The notes below the pieces were generated by a model. It saw nothing but the letters and a program-made list of their open reading frames with translations. It searched no databases and was not told the origin of the DNA. Below, in pieces: positions 18,520 through 33,229 of a stretch of 64,000 bases of DNA (its first letter is position 1; each line of letters begins with the position of its first letter). Origin of the DNA: an uncultured Alphaproteobacteria bacterium (GTDB taxonomy: Bacteria > Pseudomonadota > Alphaproteobacteria > UBA6615); assembly GCA_964276015.1 (NCBI GenBank), contig CAXYDO010000013.1:25305-89304 (forward strand), given 5' to 3'. The position numbers and the translations under genes were made by a program.

Positions 18520-19491
18520 CTAGGCGTCGAATTCCCGGTACCAATCGACAAATTTCGGGATGCCCTCATCGATGGGAATCCGAGGTTCGAACCCCAGATC
18601 ACGCCGGCTGGCGTCAATATCCGCATACGTGGCCTGCACATCGCCCGGCTGCATCGGCTGGAAGTCGATTTCGGCCTTTATGCCCAGCGCCGCCTCAATG
18701 AGCCCGATGAACCGCATCAACGGTTCTGAACGGTGGTTGCCCAGATTGTAGATCCGGTGCGGTGCACCCTCGCCATCGCGCGGCGGCGGATTGTCCAGGG
18801 CGGCCAGAACCCCCGCCACAATGTCATCGATAAACGTGAAATCGCGCTGCATATCACCGTGGTTGAACACCGGAATTGAATCTCCGGCGAGGATTTTCCG
18901 GGTGAAGATATAAAGCGACATATCCGGTCGTCCCCACGGCCCGTAGACCGTGAAAAAACGCAAACCCGTCTGCGGCAACCCAAAGGTTGACGCATAGGAA
19001 TGACTCATCAGTTCGTCGGCTTTCTTCGTCGCCGCATAAAGCGAGACCGGATTGTCGACCTGGTCATCCACCGAGAAGGGCAGCTTGGTGTTGCCGCCAT
19101 AAACCGATGACGAGCTCGCATAGACCAGGTGTTTCAGATCATCGCCAATCGCGCGGGCCAGTTCGATCACGTTCATATGTCCGACGATATTTGCCTGGAT
19201 ATAGGCGCCCGGATTTTCGAGGCTGTAGCGAACCCCGGCCTGGGCTGCGAGATGCACAATCCGGTCGACCCCTGCCCCGGCACGCGCCAACGCCTCGGGG
19301 TCACCAATATCGCCGCGCACAAAGCTGAAGTTCGGATTCACTGTCAGCCGCGCCAGCCGCGCTTCCTTGAGGGTCACATCGTAATAGTCGTTGAGATTGT
19401 CGATGCCGATCACGGTTTCGCCGCGCGCCATCAGGGCCTGGCTGACATGCATGCCAATAAAGCCGGCAGCGCCGGTCACGAGTACAGTCAT
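18520..19491 (-). CDS. NAD-dependent epimerase, UDP-glucuronate 4-epimerase-like
   Basis: TGAAGFIG, HLAAQAGVRYS, YAATKK, LRFFTVYGPWGRPDM. Confidence 0.93.
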   Translation of the reverse strand: MTVLVTGAAGFIGMHVSQALMARGETVIGIDNLNDYYDVTLKEARLARLTVNPNFSFVRGDIGDPEALARAGAGVDRIVHLAAQAGVRYSLENPGAYIQANIVGHMNVIELARAIGDDLKHLVYASSSSVYGGNTKLPFSVDDQVDNPVSLYAATKKADELMSHSYASTFGLPQTGLRFFTVYGPWGRPDMSLYIFTRKILAGDSIPVFNHGDMQRDFTFIDDIVAGVLAALDNPPPRDGEGAPHRIYNLGNHRSEPLMRFIGLIEAALGIKAEIDFQPMQPGDVQATYADIDASRRDLGFEPRIPIDEGIPKFVDWYREFDA

Positions 19492-19750
19492 GGAGTGGGC
19501 TCACTAAGCATCGTTGACGGTGCTGTTGATATAATCGAGCGCGCCGGAAAATGCACGCGAACATACCTCCCGCCACAATCCAAAACCAATTCTGCGCATC
19601 GCCAACAAAAAGCATCGGAAGGCTCGGAAGGTTTTGGTTTTGTTTCATCTGCTGAACCATTCCCGGGCGCAGATGGACAGCCAAGTCAGCGATGCTTACA
19701 TTTCTTCCCATGGAACCCGATCAAACCGGTTCCAACGGGAGAAATTCGAC

Positions 19751-22700
19751 ATGGCACAGCCTGCCAACCAGCTCAGTTCGGTCACACTCGACGACAAATA
19801 CGCCCTCGAATCCGGCCGGGTATTCCTGAACGGAACCCAGGCTTTGGTCCGCCTGCCGATGATGCAGCGTCAGCGTGACGCCGCAGCCGGTCTGGACACA
19901 GCGGCCTATGTCACCGGGTATCGCGGTTCGCCTCTGGGCGCTCTCGACCAGCAGATGGAGCGCGCCAAACGGTTTCTCGAACGTAACAACATCATCTTCC
20001 GTGCCGGCGTGAACGAAGATCTGGCCGCAACAGCCGTCTGGGGCACCCAGCAAATCAACCTCTCACCCGGTGCCAAGCATCAGGGCGTGTTTTCCATGTG
20101 GTACGCCAAAGGCCCGGGGGTCGACCGCTCGGGCGATGTGCTCAAACATGGCAATCTGGCAGGCTCGTCCCCCCATGGAGGCGTGCTACTGCTCGCGGGC
20201 GACGACCACACCTGCAAATCCTCCACCACCGCTCACCAGTCCGAATACGGTTTCGTCGACGCCATGATTCCGGTGCTCAATCCGGCCGGGGTGCAGGAGT
20301 TTCTTGATCTCGGCCTATACGGTTGGGCGATGTCACGTTTTTCGGGTTGCTGGATCTCGTTCAAGACCGTAGCCGAAACCGTCGACAGCTCCGCCTCGGT
20401 CCATGTGGACCCGCACCGCGTAAAAATCATCACGCCGACCGATTTCGACATGCCCGAAGGCGGCCTTAATATTCGCTGGCCCGACGAGTTTCTGGCCCAG
20501 GAAGAACGTCACCACAAATACAAGCTCGACGCCGCGCTGGCCTTCGCGCGCGCCAACAAGCTCGACAAGGTGATGATCGACAGTCCGAAGCGTCGTCTGG
20601 GCATCGTGACCACCGGCAAAAGCTATCTCGATACACGTCAGGCGCTAGACGATCTTGGCATTTCTGACGCCCAGGCCGCCGATATGGGTATCAACCTTTA
20701 CAAGGTCGCGATGACCTGGCCACTGGAACGCGAGGGCATGCTTGCCTTTGCCGAAGGCCTCGATGAAATTCTCGTGGTCGAGGAAAAGCGCCCGCTGATC
20801 GAGAATCAGCTGAAAGAACAGCTTTACGATCTGCGCGACAATGTCCGCCCCAACGTGCTGGGCAAGTTCGACGAAAGCGGCGACTGGATTTTGCCCTCTT
20901 CGGGCGAGCTGACCCCGGCGCAGATTGCACGCGCCATCGCCAAACGCTTGTCGCGCTGGCAGACTTCGGAGCCGATTTCCGAGCGCATGGCTTTTCTAGA
21001 GCGCAAGGAAGCCTCCCTGGCCCAGCAACCGCCTTCAGCCAAGCGCATCCCCTATTTCTGCTCCGGCTGCCCCCACAACACCTCCACCAAAGTGCCCGAA
21101 GGAAGCCGCGCCCTCGCGGGTATTGGCTGTCACTTCATGTCTTTGTGGATGGACCGTAACACCGAAACCTTCACCCATATGGGTGGCGAAGGTGTCTCTT
21201 GGTTAGGCCAGGCCCCCTTTGTCGAGGACGACCATGTATTCGTCAATCTCGGTGATGGCACCTATTACCATTCCGGCTATATGGCGATCAGGCAGGCCGT
21301 CGCCTCGGGCGAGAATATGACTTACAAGATTCTGTTCAATGACGCCGTGGCCATGACCGGTGGCCAGTCCCATGACGGTCCGTTGACGGTTCCTGCGATC
21401 ACCCGGCAGGTCGAGGCCGAGGGCGTCCAGAAAATCGTCGTGGTCACCGACGAGCCGAACAAATACTCGACCGCCGCACCTTTCGCCCACGGGGTGACAA
21501 TCCATCACCGGGACGAACTCGACACCGTCCAGAAGGATCTGCGGGAATTCCCCGGCGTGTCCGTCCTCGTCTACGATCAGACCTGCGCCGCGGAAAAACG
21601 CCGCCGCCGCAAGCGCGGCACCTTCCCGGATCCCGCCAAGCGCGTGATGATCAACGAGCAGGTCTGCGAGGGCTGCGGCGATTGTTCGATTAAATCGAAT
21701 TGCCTATCGGTCATCCCTGTGGAAACCGAGTTCGGCCGCAAGCGTTCGATCGACCAATCGAGCTGCAACAAGGATTTCTCTTGCGTCAACGGTTTCTGCC
21801 CGAGCTTTGTGACCGTCGAGGGCGGCGGCCTACGCAAGCCCGATACCCAGATTCTTGTCGGCGCCGACACCGCCTTTGATGACATAGATTTGCCCGAGCC
21901 CAGGCTCCCGCCCCTCGACCAGCCCTATGGCATTCTGGTCACCGGCGTTGGTGGCACCGGCGTGGTGACCATCGGGGCCCTGCTCGGCATGGCCGCCCAT
22001 ATCGAGAATAAGGGCGTCTCCGTTCTCGATATGGCCGGTCTGGCCCAAAAGGGTGGCGCGGTGATCAGCCACATTCGGATCGGCAACACCCCCGAAGACC
22101 TGCACGCGGTCCGCATCGCATCGGGCAGCGCCAATCTGGTGCTCGGCTGTGACCTGGTCGTCGCGGCCGGCGCGGATGCGGTGGCCAAAATGCAGGCCGG
22201 TGAGACCAAGGCGATCATCAACAGCCACGAGACAATGACCGGTGATTTCACCCGCAATCCGGACTTTTCCCTGAACGCCACCGAATTGAGTCAGGCCATC
22301 CAGATCGCGGTCGGGGATGACAATGCCGACTTCGTAGAGGCCACCCGCTACGCCACGGCATTGCTGGGTGATTCCATCGCCACCAATCTGTTCATGCTCG
22401 GCTATGCCTGGCAGAAGGGCCTGGTGCCGATCTCCGGTGAAGCGCTGCAGCAGGCCATTGAGCTCAACGCGGTGGCCGTGGACTTCAACACCGAAGCATT
22501 TCTGTGGGGCCGCCGCGCTGCGGTCGATACGGCACGGGTGGCCCGTGCGGCCAACCCGGTGACGCCGATGCGCCTCAAGGCGCCCGACATCGCTACGTCG
22601 CTTAAAGACATTGTGGCGCGCCGCATACGCTTCCTCACGGATTACGAGAACGAGGCCTATGCGCGTCGTTACAAGGATTTGGTGGTCAAGGTCCAGAAAG

Positions 22701-23260
22701 CCGAGGGCGACCGGGCTAAGGGCAAGAGTGAGCTCAGCGAAGCTGTAGCCCGTTACTACTTCAAGCTTCTCGCCATCAAGGACGAGTACGAGGTCGCGCG
22801 GCTTTACACCGATGGTACTTTCCTGCGTCGGGTCCGCGACCAGTTCGAAGGCAACTACAAGCTTAAGTTCCACATGGCCCCGCCGCTGTTCGCCAAGCGC
22901 AATCCGGAAAGCGGCGAGCTCGCGAAGCAGGAATTTGGTCCCTGGGTGATGACGGCATTCCGCGTGCTGGCGGGCCTGAAATTCCTGCGCGGCACCCCGC
23001 TCGACATCTTCGGGTATGCCGCCGAACGCAAGATGGAACGCCAGCTGATCGCCGAATATGAAATCGTGATCGACGAGCTCGTCACGGGCCTCACCACCCA
23101 GAACCATGAAGTCGCTGTGGCGATCGCCTCAATCCCGGAACATATCCGTGGGTATGGCCATGTGAAGGAGCAGCACCTGGAGAAGGCGAAGACGGAGGAA
23201 GACGCGCTGTTGCGGGTCTTCCGGGATCCCAACGCCCCGCAGGCAAAAGCCGCAGAATAA
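19751..23260 (+). CDS. indolepyruvate ferredoxin oxidoreductase family, fused alpha/beta
   Basis: GYRGSPLG, FCSGCPHN, GDGTYYHSG (TPP), CEGCGDC..SNC (Fe-S), GVGGTGVVT, GLAQKGG. Confidence 0.93.
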   Translation: MAQPANQLSSVTLDDKYALESGRVFLNGTQALVRLPMMQRQRDAAAGLDTAAYVTGYRGSPLGALDQQMERAKRFLERNNIIFRAGVNEDLAATAVWGTQQINLSPGAKHQGVFSMWYAKGPGVDRSGDVLKHGNLAGSSPHGGVLLLAGDDHTCKSSTTAHQSEYGFVDAMIPVLNPAGVQEFLDLGLYGWAMSRFSGCWISFKTVAETVDSSASVHVDPHRVKIITPTDFDMPEGGLNIRWPDEFLAQEERHHKYKLDAALAFARANKLDKVMIDSPKRRLGIVTTGKSYLDTRQALDDLGISDAQAADMGINLYKVAMTWPLEREGMLAFAEGLDEILVVEEKRPLIENQLKEQLYDLRDNVRPNVLGKFDESGDWILPSSGELTPAQIARAIAKRLSRWQTSEPISERMAFLERKEASLAQQPPSAKRIPYFCSGCPHNTSTKVPEGSRALAGIGCHFMSLWMDRNTETFTHMGGEGVSWLGQAPFVEDDHVFVNLGDGTYYHSGYMAIRQAVASGENMTYKILFNDAVAMTGGQSHDGPLTVPAITRQVEAEGVQKIVVVTDEPNKYSTAAPFAHGVTIHHRDELDTVQKDLREFPGVSVLVYDQTCAAEKRRRRKRGTFPDPAKRVMINEQVCEGCGDCSIKSNCLSVIPVETEFGRKRSIDQSSCNKDFSCVNGFCPSFVTVEGGGLRKPDTQILVGADTAFDDIDLPEPRLPPLDQPYGILVTGVGGTGVVTIGALLGMAAHIENKGVSVLDMAGLAQKGGAVISHIRIGNTPEDLHAVRIASGSANLVLGCDLVVAAGADAVAKMQAGETKAIINSHETMTGDFTRNPDFSLNATELSQAIQIAVGDDNADFVEATRYATALLGDSIATNLFMLGYAWQKGLVPISGEALQQAIELNAVAVDFNTEAFLWGRRAAVDTARVARAANPVTPMRLKAPDIATSLKDIVARRIRFLTDYENEAYARRYKDLVVKVQKAEGDRAKGKSELSEAVARYYFKLLAIKDEYEVARLYTDGTFLRRVRDQFEGNYKLKFHMAPPLFAKRNPESGELAKQEFGPWVMTAFRVLAGLKFLRGTPLDIFGYAAERKMERQLIAEYEIVIDELVTGLTTQNHEVAVAIASIPEHIRGYGHVKEQHLEKAKTEEDALLRVFRDPNAPQAKAAE

Positions 23261-23267
23261 GAGACAT

Positions 23268-23301
23268 AAAAAAAAAGGCCCGGCGAGAAGCCGGGCCTTT
23301 T
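23268..23301. terminator. bidirectional intrinsic terminator
   Basis: A10-GGCCCGGC-gagaa-GCCGGGCC-TTTT between convergent genes. Confidence 0.85.
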
Positions 23302-23304
23302 CAT

Positions 23305-24846
23305 TTTATCGTTCCCTTGAACGTCAGCGCCCAGAGCCGAATTGCTTTTTGCGGCCCCCGGGAATTTGAGTTCATGGCTAAGCCCCAGATAGAGGCTGAC
23401 ACACATCACGATCAGGACAAGCGTAAACGGTAGTTCCACCGTGATAGCCGCCGCCTGCAGGCCCCCCAGTGCATCGGCACCCCGGCCGAACAACAGCGCG
23501 GCAGCGATCACACCTTCCATGATGGCCCAGAAGATCGGCTGGGATGTCGGCGCATCGATCTTGTCGCCAGCGGTAATGCTGTCGATCACAAGCGATCCGG
23601 AATCCGACGAGGTGATGAAGAACACCAGCACCAGAACCATCGCCAGCGGGACCTGATCGATCCCCTTGGCCAAGGCTCCAATCCCCGTGGTTGCCTGCTC
23701 CAGTGCAGTGCCCCCAAAGACGGACATCCAAATCAGAGTCACAAAGGTAGGTACCAGCAGTACCGCGATGAGGAACTGACGCACCGTGCGGCCCTTGGAG
23801 ATGCGGGCGATGAACATGCCCACAAACGGTGACCAGGAGATCCACCAGGCCCAGTAGAACACCGTCCAGCCGTGATAGAATGTTTCATCTTCCCGGCCCA
23901 TCCAGTTGCTCAGCGGAATGATGTCACCAACATACGGGGTGAAGGTTGTTCCCACTGTGGTCAGGATTTCCAGCGTCGGCCCCAGGATCAACACGAACAG
24001 CAGCAATATTGCGGCAAGCCCCATATTGATGTTGCTCAGGACTTTCACGCCGCCGTCCAAGCCACGCAGAACTTAAATTAACGCGACCCCGGTAGCGCCC
24101 ACAATGATAGCGATCTGGGTGTTAATTCCCGCGTCGATGCCGAACAGGAAACTTAATTAGCTCGCCGCCTGTTGCGTACCAAAACCAAGCGATGTCGCCA
24201 AACCGAAGATGGTCGCAAGCACAGCCAGCGTATCGATGAAGCGGCCAAACCAGCCCCAGGTCCGTTCCTTGAGAAGCGGGTAGAACGCAGAGCGGATCGT
24301 CAGCGGCAAGCCTTTATTGTAGACAAAGAATGCCAGGGACAGACCGACAACCACGTAAATCGCCCATGGGTGAAGTTCCCAATGGAACATGGTCGCGCCC
24401 ATCGCGGCCTTGGCCCCTTCGGGTGTGTTCGGCGGTTTGCCAAACCAGTCGGTGTAATAACCAACGGGTTCTGCGACGGCCCAGAACATCAGCCCAATGC
24501 TCATGCCCGCAGCAAACAGCATCGCGAACCACGACATCAGCGAAAATTCGGGTTTCGCGTCGTTCCCACCGATCCGGATTTTCCCGACCGGAAGAACAAT
24601 CAGAGCGAGGCAGAACACCACGAAAATGTTGGCCCCGACCATGAACAACCAGTCAAAATGCTCAATCGACCAGCCTTTGGCACCATCAAACGCCATCTTT
24701 GCGTCTTCCGGCGCGGCGACGGTGCCAACAACAAACAGAATAATCAGAATCGATGTGATCCAGAAGACCGGGTGATGTACGTCGACACCCTACTTCTGAA
24801 CATTGTGCTCACCGACCTGATGATCGGATGAATATCTTTTAGGCAT
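23305..24846 (-). pseudogene. BCCT (betaine/carnitine/choline) transporter pseudogene; 3' end approximate
   Basis: SWFAMLFAAGM, HPWAIY, WTVFYWAWWISWSPFVGMFIARIS, TSSDSG; in-frame TAG at 24790, stop/frameshift near 24157, TAA near 24073, apparent internal deletion, lost stop. Confidence 0.9.
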
Positions 24847-25000
24847 GAAAGTCCCCCAGGACGTCTTCACGCACATGCTCAATGACCCTTGCAGCATGCG
24901 AGCCCACGCATGATGCCCCATCGAGATATCTCGATGTTCGTAGGCACAGGTTAATAGATTCAGGCCGAAAACTCTAATTTCCTGGAGTTTGGACGCCGGG

Positions 25001-25243
25001 TCAGATGCCCACCGCGTTGCGATAGACCTCAAGCAGGTGTTCCTGCTCCTGGCGCTCATTGGGTTCGAGCTTCCGCAGGCGGACGATCTGGCGCATCGTT
25101 TTGGCGTCAAATCCGGCGGACTTGGCCTCGGAATAGACCTCGCGAATATCCGCGTTGATGTTCGTGCGATCCTCTTCCAGGCGCTCGACACGCTCGATGA
25201 AGCTGCGCAGGCGGTCGCCCGCAATTCCAGCGGTATCAGACAT
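25001..25243 (-). CDS. gapR: GapR/DUF2312 nucleoid-associated protein
   Basis: AGDRLRSFIERVERLEED...ADIREVYSEAKSAGFD. Confidence 0.9.
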   Translation of the reverse strand: MSDTAGIAGDRLRSFIERVERLEEDRTNINADIREVYSEAKSAGFDAKTMRQIVRLRKLEPNERQEQEHLLEVYRNAVGI

Positions 25244-25343
25244 GAAACTCTCTCCAAAAACGATTGGCGCCGCGAGGAACCGCAACTCCAATGGCTTTAA
25301 CCCAATCGCCTGTGGAAACGCAAAGGCGATATCAAAAAACGTC

Positions 25344-25643
25344 TCAGCCGTGTTTTTCCTGCATCTTGGCGAGCTGTTCTGGCGTCGCTTCGGTCTGATG
25401 CTTGGCCTTCCACTCGCTGTAGGGCATGCCGTAGACGATCTCGCGGGCATCCTCGTAATCGAGCTCGATGCCCTTTTCGTCGGCTGCGCCCCGGTACCAT
25501 TTGGACAGGCAGTTCCGGCAGAAATCAGCCAGATTCATGAGGTCAATATTCTGAACATCCGGGTTATCGCGCAGATGCTGCACCAGGGTGCGGAAGGCAG
25601 CGGCTTCCAGTTCGGTCTGGGTCGCTTTGTCGAGATCGGCCAT
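25344..25643 (-). CDS. DUF1244 family protein
   Basis: ELEAAAFR, QNIDLMNLADFCRNCLSKWY, VYGMPYSEWK. Confidence 0.88.
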   Translation of the reverse strand: MADLDKATQTELEAAAFRTLVQHLRDNPDVQNIDLMNLADFCRNCLSKWYRGAADEKGIELDYEDAREIVYGMPYSEWKAKHQTEATPEQLAKMQEKHG

Positions 25644-25722
25644 GTCACTCTCCTCGGGTCATTCTTTTTTCTTCCAGCAATATAGGCGCCGGATCGCGAG
25701 GTGCAACGTTGGCGCCACGCAC

Positions 25723-25753
25723 AAAAAAGCCGGACCGCGTGAGCGGCCCGGCT
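25723..25753 (-). terminator. intrinsic terminator downstream of dps
   Basis: GC stem-loop followed by T6 on the minus strand. Confidence 0.65.
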
Positions 25754-25775
25754 GTCTGTTTCGTTGCCCGTGGGG

Positions 25776-26237
25776 TCAGGCCGCCATGCTGCGCAGCATC
25801 CAGGCGTTCTTTTCGTGCAACTGCATGCGCTGGGTCAGCAGATCGGCTGTCGCTTCGTCATTGCCAGCCTCGGCCAATGGGAAAACTTCCCGGGCGGTCC
25901 GCACCAAAGTCTCCTGCCCTTCGGCGAGCTGACGGATCATATCCTCGGCCGAGGGCACATCCGTAGCTTCCGGGATCGAAGAGAGTGCCGCATAGGCGGC
26001 GTAGCTTCCCGGAGCGGCAAAGCCCAGGGCGCGAATGCGCTCAGCGATCATATCCACCACCAACGCCAGTTCAGTGTACTTCCCCTCGAAAATCACATGC
26101 AGGGTGTTGAACATCGGGCCGGTGACGTTCCAATAATAATTATGTGTCTTCAGATGGAGCGTGTAGGTGTCGGCCAACAGTCGTGACAGCCCGTCGGCAA
26201 TCGCCTGACGCTGGTCTTCGGGAATACCGATATTCAC
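25776..26237 (-). CDS. dps: Dps family ferritin-like protein (ferroxidase His replaced by Tyr; possibly decaying)
   Basis: LADTYTLHLKTHNYYWNVTGP, DMIAERIRALG, HEKNAWML. Confidence 0.9.
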   Translation of the reverse strand: MNIGIPEDQRQAIADGLSRLLADTYTLHLKTHNYYWNVTGPMFNTLHVIFEGKYTELALVVDMIAERIRALGFAAPGSYAAYAALSSIPEATDVPSAEDMIRQLAEGQETLVRTAREVFPLAEAGNDEATADLLTQRMQLHEKNAWMLRSMAA

Positions 26238-26283
26238 CGGAATACCGACGGATTGAGCGGGATGGCCATCGTAGAAGCTCTTG

Positions 26284-26300
26284 TTTAGAACTATTCTAAA
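26284..26300. promoter_or_regulatory. Irr box / iron control element upstream of dps
   Basis: TTTAGAA-CTA-TTCTAAA matches the ICE consensus TTTAGAA-N3-TTCTAAA exactly. Confidence 0.85.
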
Positions 26301-26361
26301 TACAGATCAGCCCACACCATTTACAAGCCTTATGGCGCAAAACTCTCGATCCGTGAGGCTT

Positions 26362-27491
<1,130 letters not shown>

Positions 27492-27580
27492 CTCTTGCGA
27501 AAAGATCGCCTGAGCTACCCCGATCCAGATTCAGGGGCAAATGACGATTGTGTTTCCGGTCGCGTGTCAGGCGAAAGCGC

Positions 27581-28804
<1,224 letters not shown>

Positions 28805-29162
28805 TTATGTTGCGAGTGCGAACGTAATCCCGGACCTCCTGCGGCGCAACAGTTCTGGGGCCGGATTGACCCACAGGGGGTTACGCCTGCGGCGTCTTCC
28901 CCGCGATGCTTTTCTGATACGCATCACTGTCCAGGCTCGCCCAAATGCAAACGACCAAAAAGCCGAGCATGCTGGCGCTGACAATTCCAAGAATAACGAT
29001 GTTTTCGAGGGGAATGTGTGGTCTCCAATGAGTTCCATGAAAACCTACCCAACCGGAAAATCCGGGCATTGACCCAGATCAAATCAGGGACTTATCCGCG
29101 TCACCTAATTACATGAATTCCCAGACTCGCTTTTCCACAGGTGCCCGCCCTATATAGATGCG

Positions 29163-31402
<2,240 letters not shown>

Positions 31403-31406
<4 letters not shown>

Positions 31407-31629
31407 GCTTTCACGCCAATCTGTTCGAGCAGAGATTGCCGGTCGCCGAGCGCCCAGACTTTGGTGATCCGGTTGTCGACCATGGTAAACATGGCGACCC
31501 CGGCATATTCGATCCGCCGTCCCGTCGCCTCATGATCGAACAATGTTCCGTCATGACTGCACCGTCTCAACGGTTCCACATCTCATTGAAAAAACGCTCG
31601 ACCAGCGCCCGGTTGGCCGCCTCACTCAT
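31403..31629 (-). pseudogene. SnoaL-like ester cyclase remnant
   Basis: MSEAANRALVERFFNEMWNR-TGA, then out-of-frame C-terminus ATGRRIEYAGVAMFTMVDNRITKVWALGDRQSLLEQ; middle missing. Confidence 0.7.
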
Positions 31630-31649
31630 GATGATTTTCGTCGGGCCAG

Positions 31650-32144
31650 TCAGTCGGACAGTTTTTCAGACAACAAGGCAAACACGCTGGGTCGGTCCAG
31701 TCGCGCGAAGTACTTCTGATGATAGTCTTCGGCCACCCAGAATTTCTGCGCCGGCAGGATTGTCGAGGTGATCGGCCCATCATGGCGACCCGATGCGGCC
31801 TCATCTTCTTTCGAGGTCCGCGCAGCGGCGGCCTGACTGTCTTCATGCACGAAGATCACGGACCGACACTGGCTGCCCGCATCGTCCCCCTGCCCGTCAA
31901 TCTGAGCTGGATCGTGTATCCTCCAGAACAGTTCGAGAAGCTCGTCATAGGACACAAGCGTCGGGTCGTAATCGACCTGAATAACTTCCGCATGGCCGAT
32001 GGGAGTATGACAGACCTCCTCATAAGTGGGTTGGGGCTTCGTGCCGCTCACATAGCCGACTTGGGTCTCCGTAAACCCGGGGATCTGATCGTAGAAATGC
32101 TGTGGATAACAGAAACAGCCGGCGCCAAAAGTTGCACGTGCCAT
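31650..32144 (-). CDS. msrA: peptide methionine sulfoxide reductase A, divergent (GCFC in place of GCFW)
   Basis: ATFGAGCF, PTYEEVC, GHAEVIQVDYDP, AEDYHQKY. Confidence 0.85.
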   Translation of the reverse strand: MARATFGAGCFCYPQHFYDQIPGFTETQVGYVSGTKPQPTYEEVCHTPIGHAEVIQVDYDPTLVSYDELLELFWRIHDPAQIDGQGDDAGSQCRSVIFVHEDSQAAAARTSKEDEAASGRHDGPITSTILPAQKFWVAEDYHQKYFARLDRPSVFALLSEKLSD

Positions 32145-32163
32145 CGTTCACCTCATACGGGAA

Positions 32164-32994
32164 TCAGGTCGACGCGGGGGTCGCGAGAATGGCGGTGCCG
32201 CCGGCGCTGAGCAATTTCATACCCGCATCCTTAAGCGCAGCGTGAGCCGCCTGATTTACGGCGTAGCGGGTCTGGTAGTAGCGCGAACTGGGCAACCAGT
32301 AGCGTAACCCGAGAATAATTCCGCCAAAGCTGAAATCGTGGATACCGACCTGGGGGAAGCCCTCTTCCGTGAGCTCCGCATCATTTTCGAGCGCCGCCAC
32401 GATGGCCGCGATCGCCTGGTCCGGATCACTGTCCGCAGCGATCACGATTTGGGATTCGACGATCCGGTGCGCATCGGAATCGATCAAAATCTCGCCGACA
32501 ACCTTACGGTTCGGGATCGTGATCTTCTCGAGGTCTTTACCAATCAGCACGGTATGGGCAAGCGTGACTTCGTCGACCACGCCCAAGACGCCCTGCACAA
32601 GCACCGTGTCCCCCACCAAAAAGGGCCAGGTTAGGATGATGACAAGACCCGCGCCGTAATTGGCGATCAACCCCTGGACAGCAAAGGAAATACCGAAAGC
32701 AGCCGCACCACCCAGCGCGACCAGCGGGGCAATATCGATACCGAAATTGCTCAAGATGATGATTACAACGATCACCACAAGCAGGATCTTCACCATATTG
32801 CCGGCAAACCCGGCCAGGGTGATGTCGAGCTTTCGAATTTAGCAGAGGCGGGTGACCCGACGCCCTAGAAACCCGGCGACCCTGAGCCCGATCAACAGGA
32901 TGACCAGCGCACCAATCATCTGCAATCCGTAGGAAATCGCGAATTCTGACACGACGTCGATGACGGTATTCACCATCTGAAGTTGTGGTTCCAT
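32164..32994 (-). pseudogene. mscS: small-conductance mechanosensitive channel with a single in-frame TAA (32839-32841)
   Basis: ATG 32994, TM1, TAA at codon 52, same frame continues to ALGGAAAFGISFAVQGLIANYGAG and ITIPN. Confidence 0.85.
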
Positions 32995-33229
32995 GTGATC
33001 TTCTTCGCGTCTTCAGTCCCTGTCAGAAGCGCAACTTATCGCCAATAGTTCGATTGAACCATCAGGGACAAAGCGAATGGCGCTTGGGATGGTGAAAATA
33101 TTGCGATTCACCGACAGGAAATGCCCAGTTTTCTCTTGAAAAACCCTCTCTGGATCGCGATGTATGTTTAGCAGTGCTTCACTGCCGTTGCGTGCGACCC
33201 AACGGGGCGCAGATCCCGGGAGAACGGAA

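Noticed and set aside
22855-23300. C-terminal extension of the 401-aa BCCT ORF
   Set aside because: Read-through across a terminator and antisense to the oxidoreductase gene; not a real domain.
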